From Alphaproteobacteria bacterium (GTDB lineage Bacteria; Pseudomonadota; Alphaproteobacteria; Rickettsiales; SXRF01): a stretch of DNA of 64,000 nt. The notes beneath the pieces were generated by a model that was not told the DNA's origin, searched no databases, and saw only the letters and a list, made by a program, of their open reading frames with translations. Both the position numbers and the translations under genes were made by a program. Each line of letters opens with the position of its first letter. Positions within the stretch are counted from its first letter, which is position 1. Below are positions 1-15,116 of this stretch, piece by piece. The DNA lies in contig JBDHUC010000006.1 of NCBI GenBank assembly GCA_039808985.1, positions 20,261 through 84,260 of the forward strand. Reading direction: 5' to 3'.

Positions 1-4263
<4,263 letters not shown>

Positions 4264-4267
<4 letters not shown>

Positions 4268-6000
4268 CAGATAAAATAGACAGACTCAGGAAGTTAATGG
4301 CTGCAAAAGGCGTGGATGCCTATCTGCAAAGCGTGCATGACGAATGGCTGGGGGAATACCCGCCCCCATGCAACCGCCGCCTCGAATGGCTTACAGGTTT
4401 TTCCGGTTCGGCTGGGATGGTTGTGGTGCTTGCGGATAAGGCTGCTTTGTTTGTTGATGGGCGCTATACACTACAGGCTGGCACGCAGGTGGGAAAAGAA
4501 TATGAAATATTCAATAGCGGTGATTTATCCCCTCAGGAGTGGTTAGTCCAGCAGCTTAAAGAAGGTGCAAAAATCGGCTATGACCCTAAGCTATATACCA
4601 GGCCAATGCTTGATAAATTCTCTGCTTTCAAAATTGTTGCCACCGATAATTTGATTGATAGGTTATGGGAGAACCGGCCTAAGGCTCCGGCGACAAAAAT
4701 ATTCGCTCATGATATAATATATAGCGGCGAAAGCTCACGCGATAAACGTGAACGTATCGCTAAAGAAATAAAGAAACTGGGCGCTGATGCGGCATTTCTT
4801 GCTACGCCTGAAAGTGTATGCTGGCTTCTTAATATACGTGCGGGCGATTCTGAGAACACGCCGGTATGCCTTGCTTTTGCGATTATTGATAAGCAGGGCA
4901 AAGTACAGTTGTTTGTAGATAGCTCACGCTTTGATAATGGATTAGCCGCACATTTAGGGCCGGATATAAAAATCTGTGCGCAGGATAATATACAGATTGA
5001 GCTTAGGACTTTTTCCCAAAAAAAAATGCTCTGTGATCAGCAGTCAACAACGGTTTATATAGTTAATTTATGCAATGATGCAAATATAAAGCTGCTTGAT
5101 GCAAAAGATCCCTGCGTCCTGCCAAAGGCAATAAAGAATACGGTGGAAATCACAGGTATGAAAAATGCCCATATACGCGATGGGGCAGCAGTTGTTAAAT
5201 TGCTTTGCTGGCTAGATGAGCAAAGTTCTGTAACTGAGCTGGATGTAGTTGATAAGTTGTTGTCATTTCGTAGCAGGAATGATTTGTTCGTTGAGCCGAG
5301 CTTTGCTACAATAGCAGGAAGTGGTCCAAACGGGGCAATAGTTCATTACCGGGCAGATAAAGAAAGCAACAGAACCCTGAATAAGGGCGAGCTATTCCTT
5401 CTTGATTCTGGTGGCCAGTATTATGATGGTACGACCGATATAACCAGAACTGTTGCAATAGGTTTGCCTTCATCTGAGCATAAAGACCGCTTCACGCGGG
5501 TCCTCAAAGGCCATATCGCGCTGGCAACAGCTAGGTTCCCACATGGCACGCATGGTTATCAGATTGATGCGCTGGCGCGGCAGTATTTGTGGCAGGATGG
5601 TTTGGATTACGATCACGGAACCGGGCATGGTGTAGGTTGTTTTTCAGGAGTTCATGAGGGGCCGCAGGGAATAAGTAAACGGGCAGGCGGCGCCGCGCTT
5701 GCCGCTGGCATGGTGGTTTCCAATGAGCCTGGATATTACAAAGCTGGCGAATATGGCATTCGTATAGAGAACCTGGTAACTGTAGTGGAAAAATCCACAG
5801 GTGAAAACGGGCGCAGGTTTCTTGGCTTTGAAACAATTACCTGTGCACCAATAGATATAGCTTTGATTAATGTTGAAATGCTTACCGATGTTGAGAAGCA
5901 GTGGCTTAACAATTACCATGAATGGGTTAAAGTCGAGCTTTTCCCGTATCTTGATGAAGATGAACGGAAGTGGCTTAAATCTGCTATCCGCTATCTGTAA
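4264..6000 (+). CDS. Xaa-Pro aminopeptidase (M24B family)
   Basis: Creatinase/prolidase N-terminal region plus M24 catalytic motifs (LLDSGGQYYDGTTDITRT, HGTGHGVG, SNEPGYY, IRIENL). The ATG at 4264 (MTDKIDRL) follows the prmA stop region. Confidence 0.85.
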
Positions 6001-6039
6001 TCCCTCTTCCTGCAATAAATGCAGGATGGTATAACTGGT

Positions 6040-7560
<1,521 letters not shown>

Positions 7561-7567
7561 TAATGCT

Positions 7568-9064
7568 GTGCTTGCCGAACATTTAAAAACAGCACTTTTA
7601 AAGCCTCTAGCAAAAGAGCCGGATTATCTAACAGAAGATGGTACAGATTCATATAAATTTACACCTACTAGCAGTCTCGACCAGAAAGTGCAGCATGTCG
7701 CTGATTGGATAAGTGCGGCAATGGTAAATAATGAGCCTTGGCTTGCCGATCTCAATAAAAAAGGTAAACCTAAAGTATTGGTAGATATTGGAAGCCTCAA
7801 GCAGGCCGTTGATAAAGCCAATATTGATATGCGCAAAAACCGCGGTAATCCGGATTTTATTTTAGAAACTGCTAAAGATGTTCAGGAAGTAATGAAACTT
7901 GAGCATGGTTATCGTATAGTAAAATTACTAAGTCCACGCGCCCTTGATCGCGAAACTGCTATGCTCGGCCACTGTATAGGTGATGGTACTTACGATCATA
8001 AAGTAAAAAATCAGATAATTGCTTATTATTCATTGCGTGACCAGAATAACCAAGCCTGCGCTAGCATGGAAGTTATGGATGGTTTATTACTGCAATGTAA
8101 AGGTAAAAACGATAAGTCAGTGCTTAAAAAGCATGTTCCCTACATCAAAAAATTTGTGGAAAGGGAAGAATTATGGGTAAAGGAAAAGCCTGCGCTTTGC
8201 GGGCTAATAAGCGATAAGCAGGGAGTTACTCAGAATATTTATGATCTTCCCGAAAATACTCATTTTGTAGGAAATCTTAATCTTGAAGGTGTAGAAATTG
8301 AAAGCCTGCCTAAAGGGTTTCGCGTAGATGGAAATTTATTATGTGCCAATTCGGCGATAAAAGAATTGCCCGATAATTTGGTGGTTTCCAGACATGCGGT
8401 ATTTGACGGAAGTGAAATAGAAACCATTGGCGAAAATATTCATATCGGCAAGACTTTATCCTTAGCGCATTGTAAGAAACTTATTCATATTCCCGGCAGC
8501 ACAAAAATAGATGGGGACCTAGTCCTATCTGGGAATGCCGTGGAAACCATGGGTGATAATATAACCATAGGTGGAGATTTGCGTGCTGATCTCCGTTCGC
8601 ATTCGGCTCTTAAACATTTGCCAATGGGCATGAAAATAGGCGGTTCAGTGGAGTTGCCTTTTTGCAATTTGCTCTCTATTGGCGATAATGTGGCAATAGG
8701 CGAGCGCCTTAATCTTACTTGCAATCATAATCTTGCCCATATTGGCGCAGGCTTGAAAGTAGGCGGTTATATGGATGTTACCGCCAGCGCTATTTCCTCT
8801 TTGCCAGATAATTTGGAGATAGGGCATAATTTGTGGATTGAGCGCTGTAAGAACCTTCGCTCTTTGCCTAAAGGCCTTAATGTGGACGGAAACATATATA
8901 TGAAAGGGTCGGAGGTTGCGGAATTGCCGGATGATCTGATAGTTTCCGGCGCAGTTTTGGGGCCAGATAACACGCAAATGGAAAAGCCCAACGGTTCGGA
9001 TAAGCAATGGGGCGTGCAAATGGGATCATCTAAAGCCTCACAGGCTGCGGTGGCGCGCAGGTGA
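7568..9064 (+). CDS. PcfJ-like domain protein fused to ~10 LRR-like/beta-solenoid repeats
   Basis: 498 aa with a GTG start. The central region RETAMLGHCIGDGTYDHKV...YYSLRDQNNQACASMEV resembles the PcfJ family. The C-terminal half consists of ~20-23 aa repeats of the form LPxxLxVxGxLxL. Confidence 0.55.
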   Translation: MLAEHLKTALLKPLAKEPDYLTEDGTDSYKFTPTSSLDQKVQHVADWISAAMVNNEPWLADLNKKGKPKVLVDIGSLKQAVDKANIDMRKNRGNPDFILETAKDVQEVMKLEHGYRIVKLLSPRALDRETAMLGHCIGDGTYDHKVKNQIIAYYSLRDQNNQACASMEVMDGLLLQCKGKNDKSVLKKHVPYIKKFVEREELWVKEKPALCGLISDKQGVTQNIYDLPENTHFVGNLNLEGVEIESLPKGFRVDGNLLCANSAIKELPDNLVVSRHAVFDGSEIETIGENIHIGKTLSLAHCKKLIHIPGSTKIDGDLVLSGNAVETMGDNITIGGDLRADLRSHSALKHLPMGMKIGGSVELPFCNLLSIGDNVAIGERLNLTCNHNLAHIGAGLKVGGYMDVTASAISSLPDNLEIGHNLWIERCKNLRSLPKGLNVDGNIYMKGSEVAELPDDLIVSGAVLGPDNTQMEKPNGSDKQWGVQMGSSKASQAAVARR

Positions 9065-9095
9065 TTGGAACCACTCAGGTCTTGAGTATGATAGG

Positions 9096-9335
9096 TTACT
9101 GCTTATTGCCGAGTTTTGCTACCACACCAGCAGCACCGTCCGGGCGGTTAATGAACTCTATCCCGGCAGCTTCCAACGACTTACGAACCTTCATAAGCGT
9201 GCTTGTCCTGCTGTCTGCGCTTTGGGTCTCCAACTTTAATATGGCGGTCTCGGATAGCAAAGATTTATCGGCCAGGTCCTGTTGAGACCAACCCAAGAGC
9301 GCCCGTGCAGCGCGTATCTGCGAACCAGTAATCAT
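9096..9335 (-). CDS. XRE-family helix-turn-helix protein
   Basis: 79 aa starting at the internal ATG (MITGSQIRAARALLGWSQQDLADKS...), the canonical HTH_3 pattern. The upstream extension of the ORF is AT-rich junk. Confidence 0.75.
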   Translation of the reverse strand: MITGSQIRAARALLGWSQQDLADKSLLSETAILKLETQSADSRTSTLMKVRKSLEAAGIEFINRPDGAAGVVAKLGNKQ

Positions 9336-9521
9336 CCTGACCACAAATATTGAAACACTGGAATAATCAATAATGGAACTATAAAACCATTTTATTAAAT
9401 GGTAAAACCGTGCATATGAAATGACTAAAGGGGTAAAGCCTGTCATAAATATGGTCAGAATAATCATTTTTATCTTGACCAGTGAGACAGTCGCTCCTGA
9501 CATTCAAGAGGAGAAAAAAAC

Positions 9522-9731
9522 ATGCAATATAGCACCCGTATGCTTCGCCAATTGCGCTTTACTATCGGCAATAATATCCATTCATTACGTGTTAAACAGA
9601 AAATGCCACTGCATAAGCTTGCTAAACTTAGCGGCGTGCCGGAACTGCTGATTGACCATTATGAGCTGGGGAAAAATAGAATCAGCCTTGATGAATTATT
9701 CAAAATTTCCTGCGCACTGGAGGTGGAATAG
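9522..9731 (+). CDS. XRE-family helix-turn-helix protein
   Basis: 69 aa. GAGGAG Shine-Dalgarno 8 nt upstream. HTH pattern IGNNIHSLRVKQKMPLHKLAKLSGV. Divergent from the ORF at 9096-9335. Confidence 0.7.
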   Translation: MQYSTRMLRQLRFTIGNNIHSLRVKQKMPLHKLAKLSGVPELLIDHYELGKNRISLDELFKISCALEVE

Positions 9732-9851
9732 AAAAACTGGTTATATGATTGCATAAAACAAGTTAGCGGCAGTTAATTCCTGATTTTGTATAATCCACAG
9801 GTTGCAATTGGATAAAATTAACGCTAATTAGTCTAATTCTTTACAATATAT

Positions 9852-9927
9852 GCCGCTTTAGCTCAGTTGGTAGAGCACTTCATTCGTAATGAAGGGGTCG
9901 GGTGTTCGAGTCACCTAAGCGGCACCA
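9852..9927 (+). tRNA. tRNA-Thr (anticodon CGT)
   Basis: 76 nt cloverleaf read by eye: acceptor GCCGCTT/AAGCGGC, D arm GCTCAGTTGGTAGAGC, anticodon stem CTTCA/TGAAG with loop TTCGTAA, T arm GGGTGTTCGAGTCACC. CCA is encoded. Confidence 0.9.
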
Positions 9928-9974
9928 TGAAATTTATTGTTATTTTTCAATATGCTAGATTTTGTAGCCGATGC

Positions 9975-10001
9975 CTCGCGCCGTGTGCGCGAGTGTCGTT
10001 T
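9975..10001 (+). terminator. candidate intrinsic terminator after tRNA-Thr
   Basis: 7-bp GC-rich stem CTCGCGC/GCGCGAG with a 5-nt loop, followed by TGTCGTTT. Confidence 0.4.
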
Positions 10002-10111
10002 AAGGCGACTTCTAGAGATGCTTAAATACAGACGTTTTTCGATAAGATTTTATCTGTTTTCTCTACGGGCGATTCTGGCAGTGTCGTTTTGAAATGAAGA
10101 AATCTTACAAA

Positions 10112-10885
10112 TTAAGCGGCACCCTCAATATTTCTTATAAAGAAGTGCGGTTTTTGATCTGCTTTTTGCCGGTATAGCTGGGCTGGGCGCTTACCATCAT
10201 ACCGCATGTCATCAGTTTCTTCTAATATGTCCGTATTTAGTATTCTGCGGCGGAAAGACTTATGATCTATTTTCTTATCCAGGATGTTCTCATAAACTTT
10301 TTGCAATTCACCCAGAGTAAAATCTTTAGGCATTAGATAAACAGGCAAGGAGGTATATAAAACCTTGCTACGCAGCCTTTCTACACATTTTGCAAGTATA
10401 TCGGCATGGTCAAAGGCCAGCTTGTCTTTGACCTTTCCATTCGTAACCAGCGACCACTTGATATCGATGGCCCCTTTATCTGCCTGGAGTTTTACTTCAT
10501 GGCAGGGTATAAGCGCAAAATAAATGGTGGTGACCGACCAGCCACGCGGATCACGTGTTTTATTCCCTATCGTGCCATATTGCTCCAGATACGGAGTACG
10601 TACACCAGTTTTTTCTTCTAGTTTTCTCTTAGCGGTAGCTTCAATATCATAATCCATTTCAATATCGATAAATCCTCCGACCAGCGACCACATATCTTTG
10701 AACGGATGCTCGCCACGCTTGGCAGTCAGTACATGTAAATGATCATCAATGACGGTGAAGATTGCGGTATCTACCGATGTGCTGGCTCGCGCAAAAATGG
10801 ATGGATCATAATTCTTTAAGAATTCTTCTTCCGATTGGGTAGTATTTTTCACGTTAAACCCCAAGTAATTATAATTCTGCATCAA
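10112..10885 (-). CDS. nrtR: NrtR-like Nudix-related transcriptional regulator (Nudix fold plus C-terminal winged HTH)
   Basis: 257 aa. Degenerate Nudix box GGFIDIEMDYDIEATAKRKLEEKTGV. C-terminal FTLGELQKVYENILDKKIDHKSFRRRIL is typical of the NrtR wHTH. Overlaps the nadV-like gene by 17 nt. Confidence 0.75.
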   Translation of the reverse strand: MMQNYNYLGFNVKNTTQSEEEFLKNYDPSIFARASTSVDTAIFTVIDDHLHVLTAKRGEHPFKDMWSLVGGFIDIEMDYDIEATAKRKLEEKTGVRTPYLEQYGTIGNKTRDPRGWSVTTIYFALIPCHEVKLQADKGAIDIKWSLVTNGKVKDKLAFDHADILAKCVERLRSKVLYTSLPVYLMPKDFTLGELQKVYENILDKKIDHKSFRRRILNTDILEETDDMRYDGKRPAQLYRQKADQKPHFFIRNIEGAA

Positions 10886-12353
10886 TAGTTTTTCGTATTT
10901 CTGCTAAAGAAATGGGTTTCAGCAACTTACCATCAACAAAAACGGTTTCTAGTAACCCCTGATTTTCTTGCTCTTCTGTTTGCTTATCATGCAATACTAA
11001 AGCTTTACCTTCTTGCTCGATACGAAGCAATCCTCTCGCCGATTTTTTAGTGCCGGAATCGGTTTTTGGGGACTTGAATATGTCGCGGCGTTCTCCATTC
11101 ACCACGCCGCTGGTGGCCTTCATGGCAAAGCCGAAATTATCACGGGTTACATATTGATAGGTATAGGAGCCAACACCGAATACGACGTTGCCAGAGGCAA
11201 AACCCTTAGCTTCCAGATTTTTTAGTATCGTCTGCGCTCGTTCGAGTGTAATGGAGTCGCCGTAAATAAGGCCGATATGAGGATCGAGCATCTTATAGCC
11301 TTTGTCCGTTACCGTACCGCCGAAAACATCCCACAAACATTCTATCGCACCTTTATATTCCGGGCTGTCTTTTGGCGCTTCCAGGTCCCCCGCTACGATC
11401 TTAACCGGATCGCCGCTATCGGGGCGGATAACTAGTTTTCCTTCACGTTTCAATATTTCATTTTTCATTTCTACGGTATACTCCGTTACAACTTTCCAGA
11501 AATCCCATGTGTCAGAAACAATTGAAACGATACCGCTTGGATATAAATTGTTGATCAGTCTGCGAAATGTGGCAAGCTCTCCATCCGGCATACCCATGCA
11601 CATGACTGAATGTTCGGTAGCAGGCACTGAACAGCCCAGCATTTCTTTTTCGGCATCGGCGTAGTAATAATCTTCAGCCAGATCAATGCCAGGAACGGTA
11701 TCGGTACCCCAGAAAGAAGTTAAGTGCGCGGCACCGCTTATTGCCGAATCCTGAAGGCTCGACATGCCACGGAATGAAAAGTCGTGTGCCTGGAACTGTA
11801 CGAATTCTTTGGGGGTGCCGGTTTTTTCCGCGTATTGCATCAAAAGTTTCTTATACTCAAAAGCGGTGGTTGCCGAGGTTACCGGTTTCCACAGATAACA
11901 GGAAATCACGCTTTCGATGTAATTGGTAAGCCAGAAAAAATCTGGGTGGGTGTTGACGATAGTGAGTACCGGCACGCCGATTGGCACACGCGTTCCCTCA
12001 GAAAGTGCTTTGATTTTTATAGGTAGATATCCGAGGTCGTGTAATGCTGCAATATGCGATACATCAATGGAATCCTTACCCAGGGAAAAATCCATACGCC
12101 TTTTATAAGCAGCAACCACTTTGTTTTTATCCTTGTTAAAGAATTGCTCATTCCAGGAATTGATAAGAAAATCCTGGATAAAATATTGCAAACCAAAGAA
12201 TACTATTTTGTTATCATAATTATTCTTTAGCACTTTGGCCAGGCTGGCACTGCGTGGGGTAAAGTTCGCATATACCTCGGTGGTTCCTTCCGGATATTGG
12301 CGGCGGTGGTCGGTTTTATAAAAATCTATGGCTGTTAGTGGATTCGCACGCAT
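10869..12353 (-). CDS. nadV: nicotinamide phosphoribosyltransferase family protein (NadV/NAMPT-like)
   Basis: 494 aa. N-terminus NPLTAIDFYKTDHRRQYP and overall length match NAMPT/NadV. Confidence 0.85.
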   Translation of the reverse strand: MRANPLTAIDFYKTDHRRQYPEGTTEVYANFTPRSASLAKVLKNNYDNKIVFFGLQYFIQDFLINSWNEQFFNKDKNKVVAAYKRRMDFSLGKDSIDVSHIAALHDLGYLPIKIKALSEGTRVPIGVPVLTIVNTHPDFFWLTNYIESVISCYLWKPVTSATTAFEYKKLLMQYAEKTGTPKEFVQFQAHDFSFRGMSSLQDSAISGAAHLTSFWGTDTVPGIDLAEDYYYADAEKEMLGCSVPATEHSVMCMGMPDGELATFRRLINNLYPSGIVSIVSDTWDFWKVVTEYTVEMKNEILKREGKLVIRPDSGDPVKIVAGDLEAPKDSPEYKGAIECLWDVFGGTVTDKGYKMLDPHIGLIYGDSITLERAQTILKNLEAKGFASGNVVFGVGSYTYQYVTRDNFGFAMKATSGVVNGERRDIFKSPKTDSGTKKSARGLLRIEQEGKALVLHDKQTEEQENQGLLETVFVDGKLLKPISLAEIRKTIDAEL

Positions 12354-12366
12354 GGGAATTCTCCTT

Positions 12367-13170
12367 TTATTTGCTGAATATGGTAAGAGTTGGGTTGTTT
12401 ATTTCAGGGTCTTTAAGCATGGTATAATAACAATAAATATGCTTAAAATGGGGTGATATCTCGCTAAGCCCCTGCGAGAAGATACCGTGCGTCACATAAA
12501 GATAAATATCACCTGCGCCGCCACCCTTTAATTCTTTCGCCAGTTCAATAAATGTCCTGCCGCCATCGCATATATCATCCACGATCAGCAAATCACGGCC
12601 ATTTACATCTGCATGTATTGCTGTAGCAGTGATATTGCCGGTCATGGTGTCGCGGGTTTTGCTGGAACAGAATACTTCTGCTGAAAGTAGCTTAGCCGCC
12701 ATGCGCGTTTTCTTTTCTGCCCCGGCATCTGGCGAAACCAGAGCTAGCTTTTTATCAGCTACCATTTTTGCCAGATGGTTACTTACGATCTCCGCCAGTG
12801 GAATAATCTTGCAGTTATTAAGCAGGGCAGGGGTTACATCGGAATGCGGATCATAGATTGTAACGCTGGCACAATGTAAGCTGTTTATGATATCCGCCAT
12901 TACCTTTACACTTAGAGATTCACCCTCATTACATACCCTGTCCTGCCGCGCGTATGGAAAGTAAGGGATGGTCAGGTTTATAACAGTGGCTGGATTTACC
13001 CGGCGTATGGCATCAACCGCAAGCATCAGGCACATGATATCATCGGAACTGCTTAAGTGAGCGGTAATGCTGGTTTTATCGCTGATATCCGCAATATTTA
13101 TTTTTATATGGCATTCCCCACCGGAAAATTGGAATGTTTCTAATTTTTTACCGTTTACAATAATTGGCAT
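12367..13170 (-). CDS. short ribose-phosphate pyrophosphokinase-like protein (Prs fold; possible ADPR diphosphokinase)
   Basis: 267 aa, versus ~315 aa for housekeeping Prs. Motifs IPYFPYARQDR and the PRPP-binding loop LLIVDDICDGGRT. It lacks the C-terminal part of canonical Prs. Confidence 0.7.
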   Translation of the reverse strand: MPIIVNGKKLETFQFSGGECHIKINIADISDKTSITAHLSSSDDIMCLMLAVDAIRRVNPATVINLTIPYFPYARQDRVCNEGESLSVKVMADIINSLHCASVTIYDPHSDVTPALLNNCKIIPLAEIVSNHLAKMVADKKLALVSPDAGAEKKTRMAAKLLSAEVFCSSKTRDTMTGNITATAIHADVNGRDLLIVDDICDGGRTFIELAKELKGGGAGDIYLYVTHGIFSQGLSEISPHFKHIYCYYTMLKDPEINNPTLTIFSK

Positions 13171-13180
13171 CGCTCGCTCC

Positions 13181-14107
13181 TTATATTACCAAATAACCTT
13201 TTTTATCCGCCACACTGACCGTTGCCATAGTACCGGAATTGAACTCAATGCAATCCGATTCCACACCATCGCTGAAGATAACCCCGTTCTCAGCCATCAT
13301 TGAAGTTACCTTCATATTATTATTTTTCTTTATGTTGCCGAATACTAGTTCAGTTCCTGTTACATTACTGGGAAATGGCTCCCTTACGCTATAACAAAGA
13401 TGGTCAGCATCCCAGTCGAAGCCTTTGTATCGCTTGGCAGCGTGCTTCTGCCCGGCTATTCTATTGGCACCCGTCAGGATACTGCTTAGCCAGCCAGTTG
13501 AGCCAAGACCTGTGGAAATAATGATGCCACTGGAGGATTGTTGCTCTTTTCTATTATCCACCTCCAGCATATAGCGAGCTGAAGTATGGCTTTTGGGGCC
13601 AATAAAAATATCATTCACCCCATAAAGCATATGGCCATTATTCGTTTCAATCTTTGCAAATGTTATTTCTTTTCTTTTTCTTTTGTTATTATACAGTTCC
13701 ATAACGATTGCAGCAGCATCAGGGGCGGTAAACGGTAGCAATACACCATCCCAGCGCACCGGATCCGGGTTAATCGCTACCACTGCGTGATTGTCAAGAT
13801 ATTTAAGGGTGTTTGCAACCAGTCCATCCTGGCCGATAACTACGATCATATCATTCTTTGCAAAAATGAAATTTGGCACATAGGAGCGATCAATAACCTG
13901 CACCCGGGCGATCTTCTGTAAATCAGCCTCAACCTTTGCAACTGCCCGTTTATAGATATGGTCTTCTTGCTGGTAATCAGAAAAATCCATCCCAAGATTC
14001 TCTACGTAAAACTTGGCCTGATCGATAGTATTGAATTTGACGATGACCTCATCAAGCCGAGTTTTACGGGTAATTATTATGATCTTATTCTCAGTAAGCC
14101 TATGCAT
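13181..14107 (-). CDS. NAD-kinase/diacylglycerol-kinase-fold protein
   Basis: 308 aa. GQDG in place of the NADK GGDG motif, NDIFIG, and SSGIIISTGLGSTGW (compare NADK ...STPTGSTAY). Overlaps the SPFH gene by 8 nt. Confidence 0.6.
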   Translation of the reverse strand: MHRLTENKIIIITRKTRLDEVIVKFNTIDQAKFYVENLGMDFSDYQQEDHIYKRAVAKVEADLQKIARVQVIDRSYVPNFIFAKNDMIVVIGQDGLVANTLKYLDNHAVVAINPDPVRWDGVLLPFTAPDAAAIVMELYNNKRKRKEITFAKIETNNGHMLYGVNDIFIGPKSHTSARYMLEVDNRKEQQSSSGIIISTGLGSTGWLSSILTGANRIAGQKHAAKRYKGFDWDADHLCYSVREPFPSNVTGTELVFGNIKKNNNMKVTSMMAENGVIFSDGVESDCIEFNSGTMATVSVADKKGYLVI

Positions 14108-15062
14108 GGCTGGCCTGCATCAGCTGACCGAGAAGGTCAGGGGTTATATTAAGCTGACCGATCTTATTCGCATTTTCTGAGAGATCACGGAATGATGCAG
14201 CGATGAGTTGAGCTGGGTCCATCCCTACCATAGCTAGGGCCTGAATGGTTTTAGAATCGATCCGGCTTATTGCAGCCATGCTGGTTTCTATAGCATAGGC
14301 TTTCGCATCGGCTTCTTTTTTGCTATTTTCTACGACTATCGCTACCAGCTCTTCATTTTTCTTCTCAAGAATGATTTTACCGCTTATGTCAGCCTCCCGC
14401 ATCTCACGGTTTTTTTCTTCTACCACCCGTTCAGTGAGCAATTCATTTTCCTTAATGGCACGTTCTTGCTCAATGGCTGAATTCCGGCGCTGATAAAGCG
14501 CATCGTCAGCTTGCTTAAGCAAAGATTCACGGGTTTCGGCCTCCAATGCCCGGCTTGTTTCTTTATTGGCTTTTACCCCGAGGATAGAAAAACCTACTAT
14601 CTCAATACCCAGCTTTTTCAATGAGCTTGAGTTCATCAGTTCCGAATACACCACCGCGGTTAGTTTTTCCCCACAGGAGATGGCTTCTTTCAAATTTAAT
14701 TTTTCCAACTCTTTACGCAGTGATACCTGAACCAGGTTTACAATGCGTTTAGGAAGTTTTTTAGGATCATCAGAGATATATTCACCACGCACATTCAGGC
14801 TGTAGTTAAGCATCTGCGTAATAGCAGCCACATCAACGATCTTATAGGTTACCTGACCCTGTACGGTAACTTCCTGGAAATCTCCAGTCACCTCGCTGAA
14901 CATGAATGGTACATCCTCACTGCCCATAGGTACAGAAACAAGGGAGGTGGATGGTGCATGATAGAATAGTGAAAGACCAAAACCTTCTTTGATAGCTTTC
15001 CCATTCCGAGATTTGATCAGGTATGTTGATGGATCAACTTTAACAAATTTTACGCCGAACAT
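14100..15062 (-). CDS. SPFH/band-7 domain protein
   Basis: 320 aa. N-terminal SPFH-like beta/alpha region followed by a long Glu/Lys-rich coiled coil. First gene of the operon. Confidence 0.65.
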   Translation of the reverse strand: MFGVKFVKVDPSTYLIKSRNGKAIKEGFGLSLFYHAPSTSLVSVPMGSEDVPFMFSEVTGDFQEVTVQGQVTYKIVDVAAITQMLNYSLNVRGEYISDDPKKLPKRIVNLVQVSLRKELEKLNLKEAISCGEKLTAVVYSELMNSSSLKKLGIEIVGFSILGVKANKETSRALEAETRESLLKQADDALYQRRNSAIEQERAIKENELLTERVVEEKNREMREADISGKIILEKKNEELVAIVVENSKKEADAKAYAIETSMAAISRIDSKTIQALAMVGMDPAQLIAASFRDLSENANKIGQLNITPDLLGQLMQASHA

Positions 15063-15116
15063 TATTAATCTCCCATGTAGTTATTATTATGTTAAATGGC
15101 TCACAGCCACAAATGA

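Noticed and set aside
6009-6025. Hairpin CCTGCA-ataaa-TGCAGG after pepP, considered as an intrinsic terminator
   Set aside because: The stem is only 6 bp and no T-tract follows. This is too weak to call.
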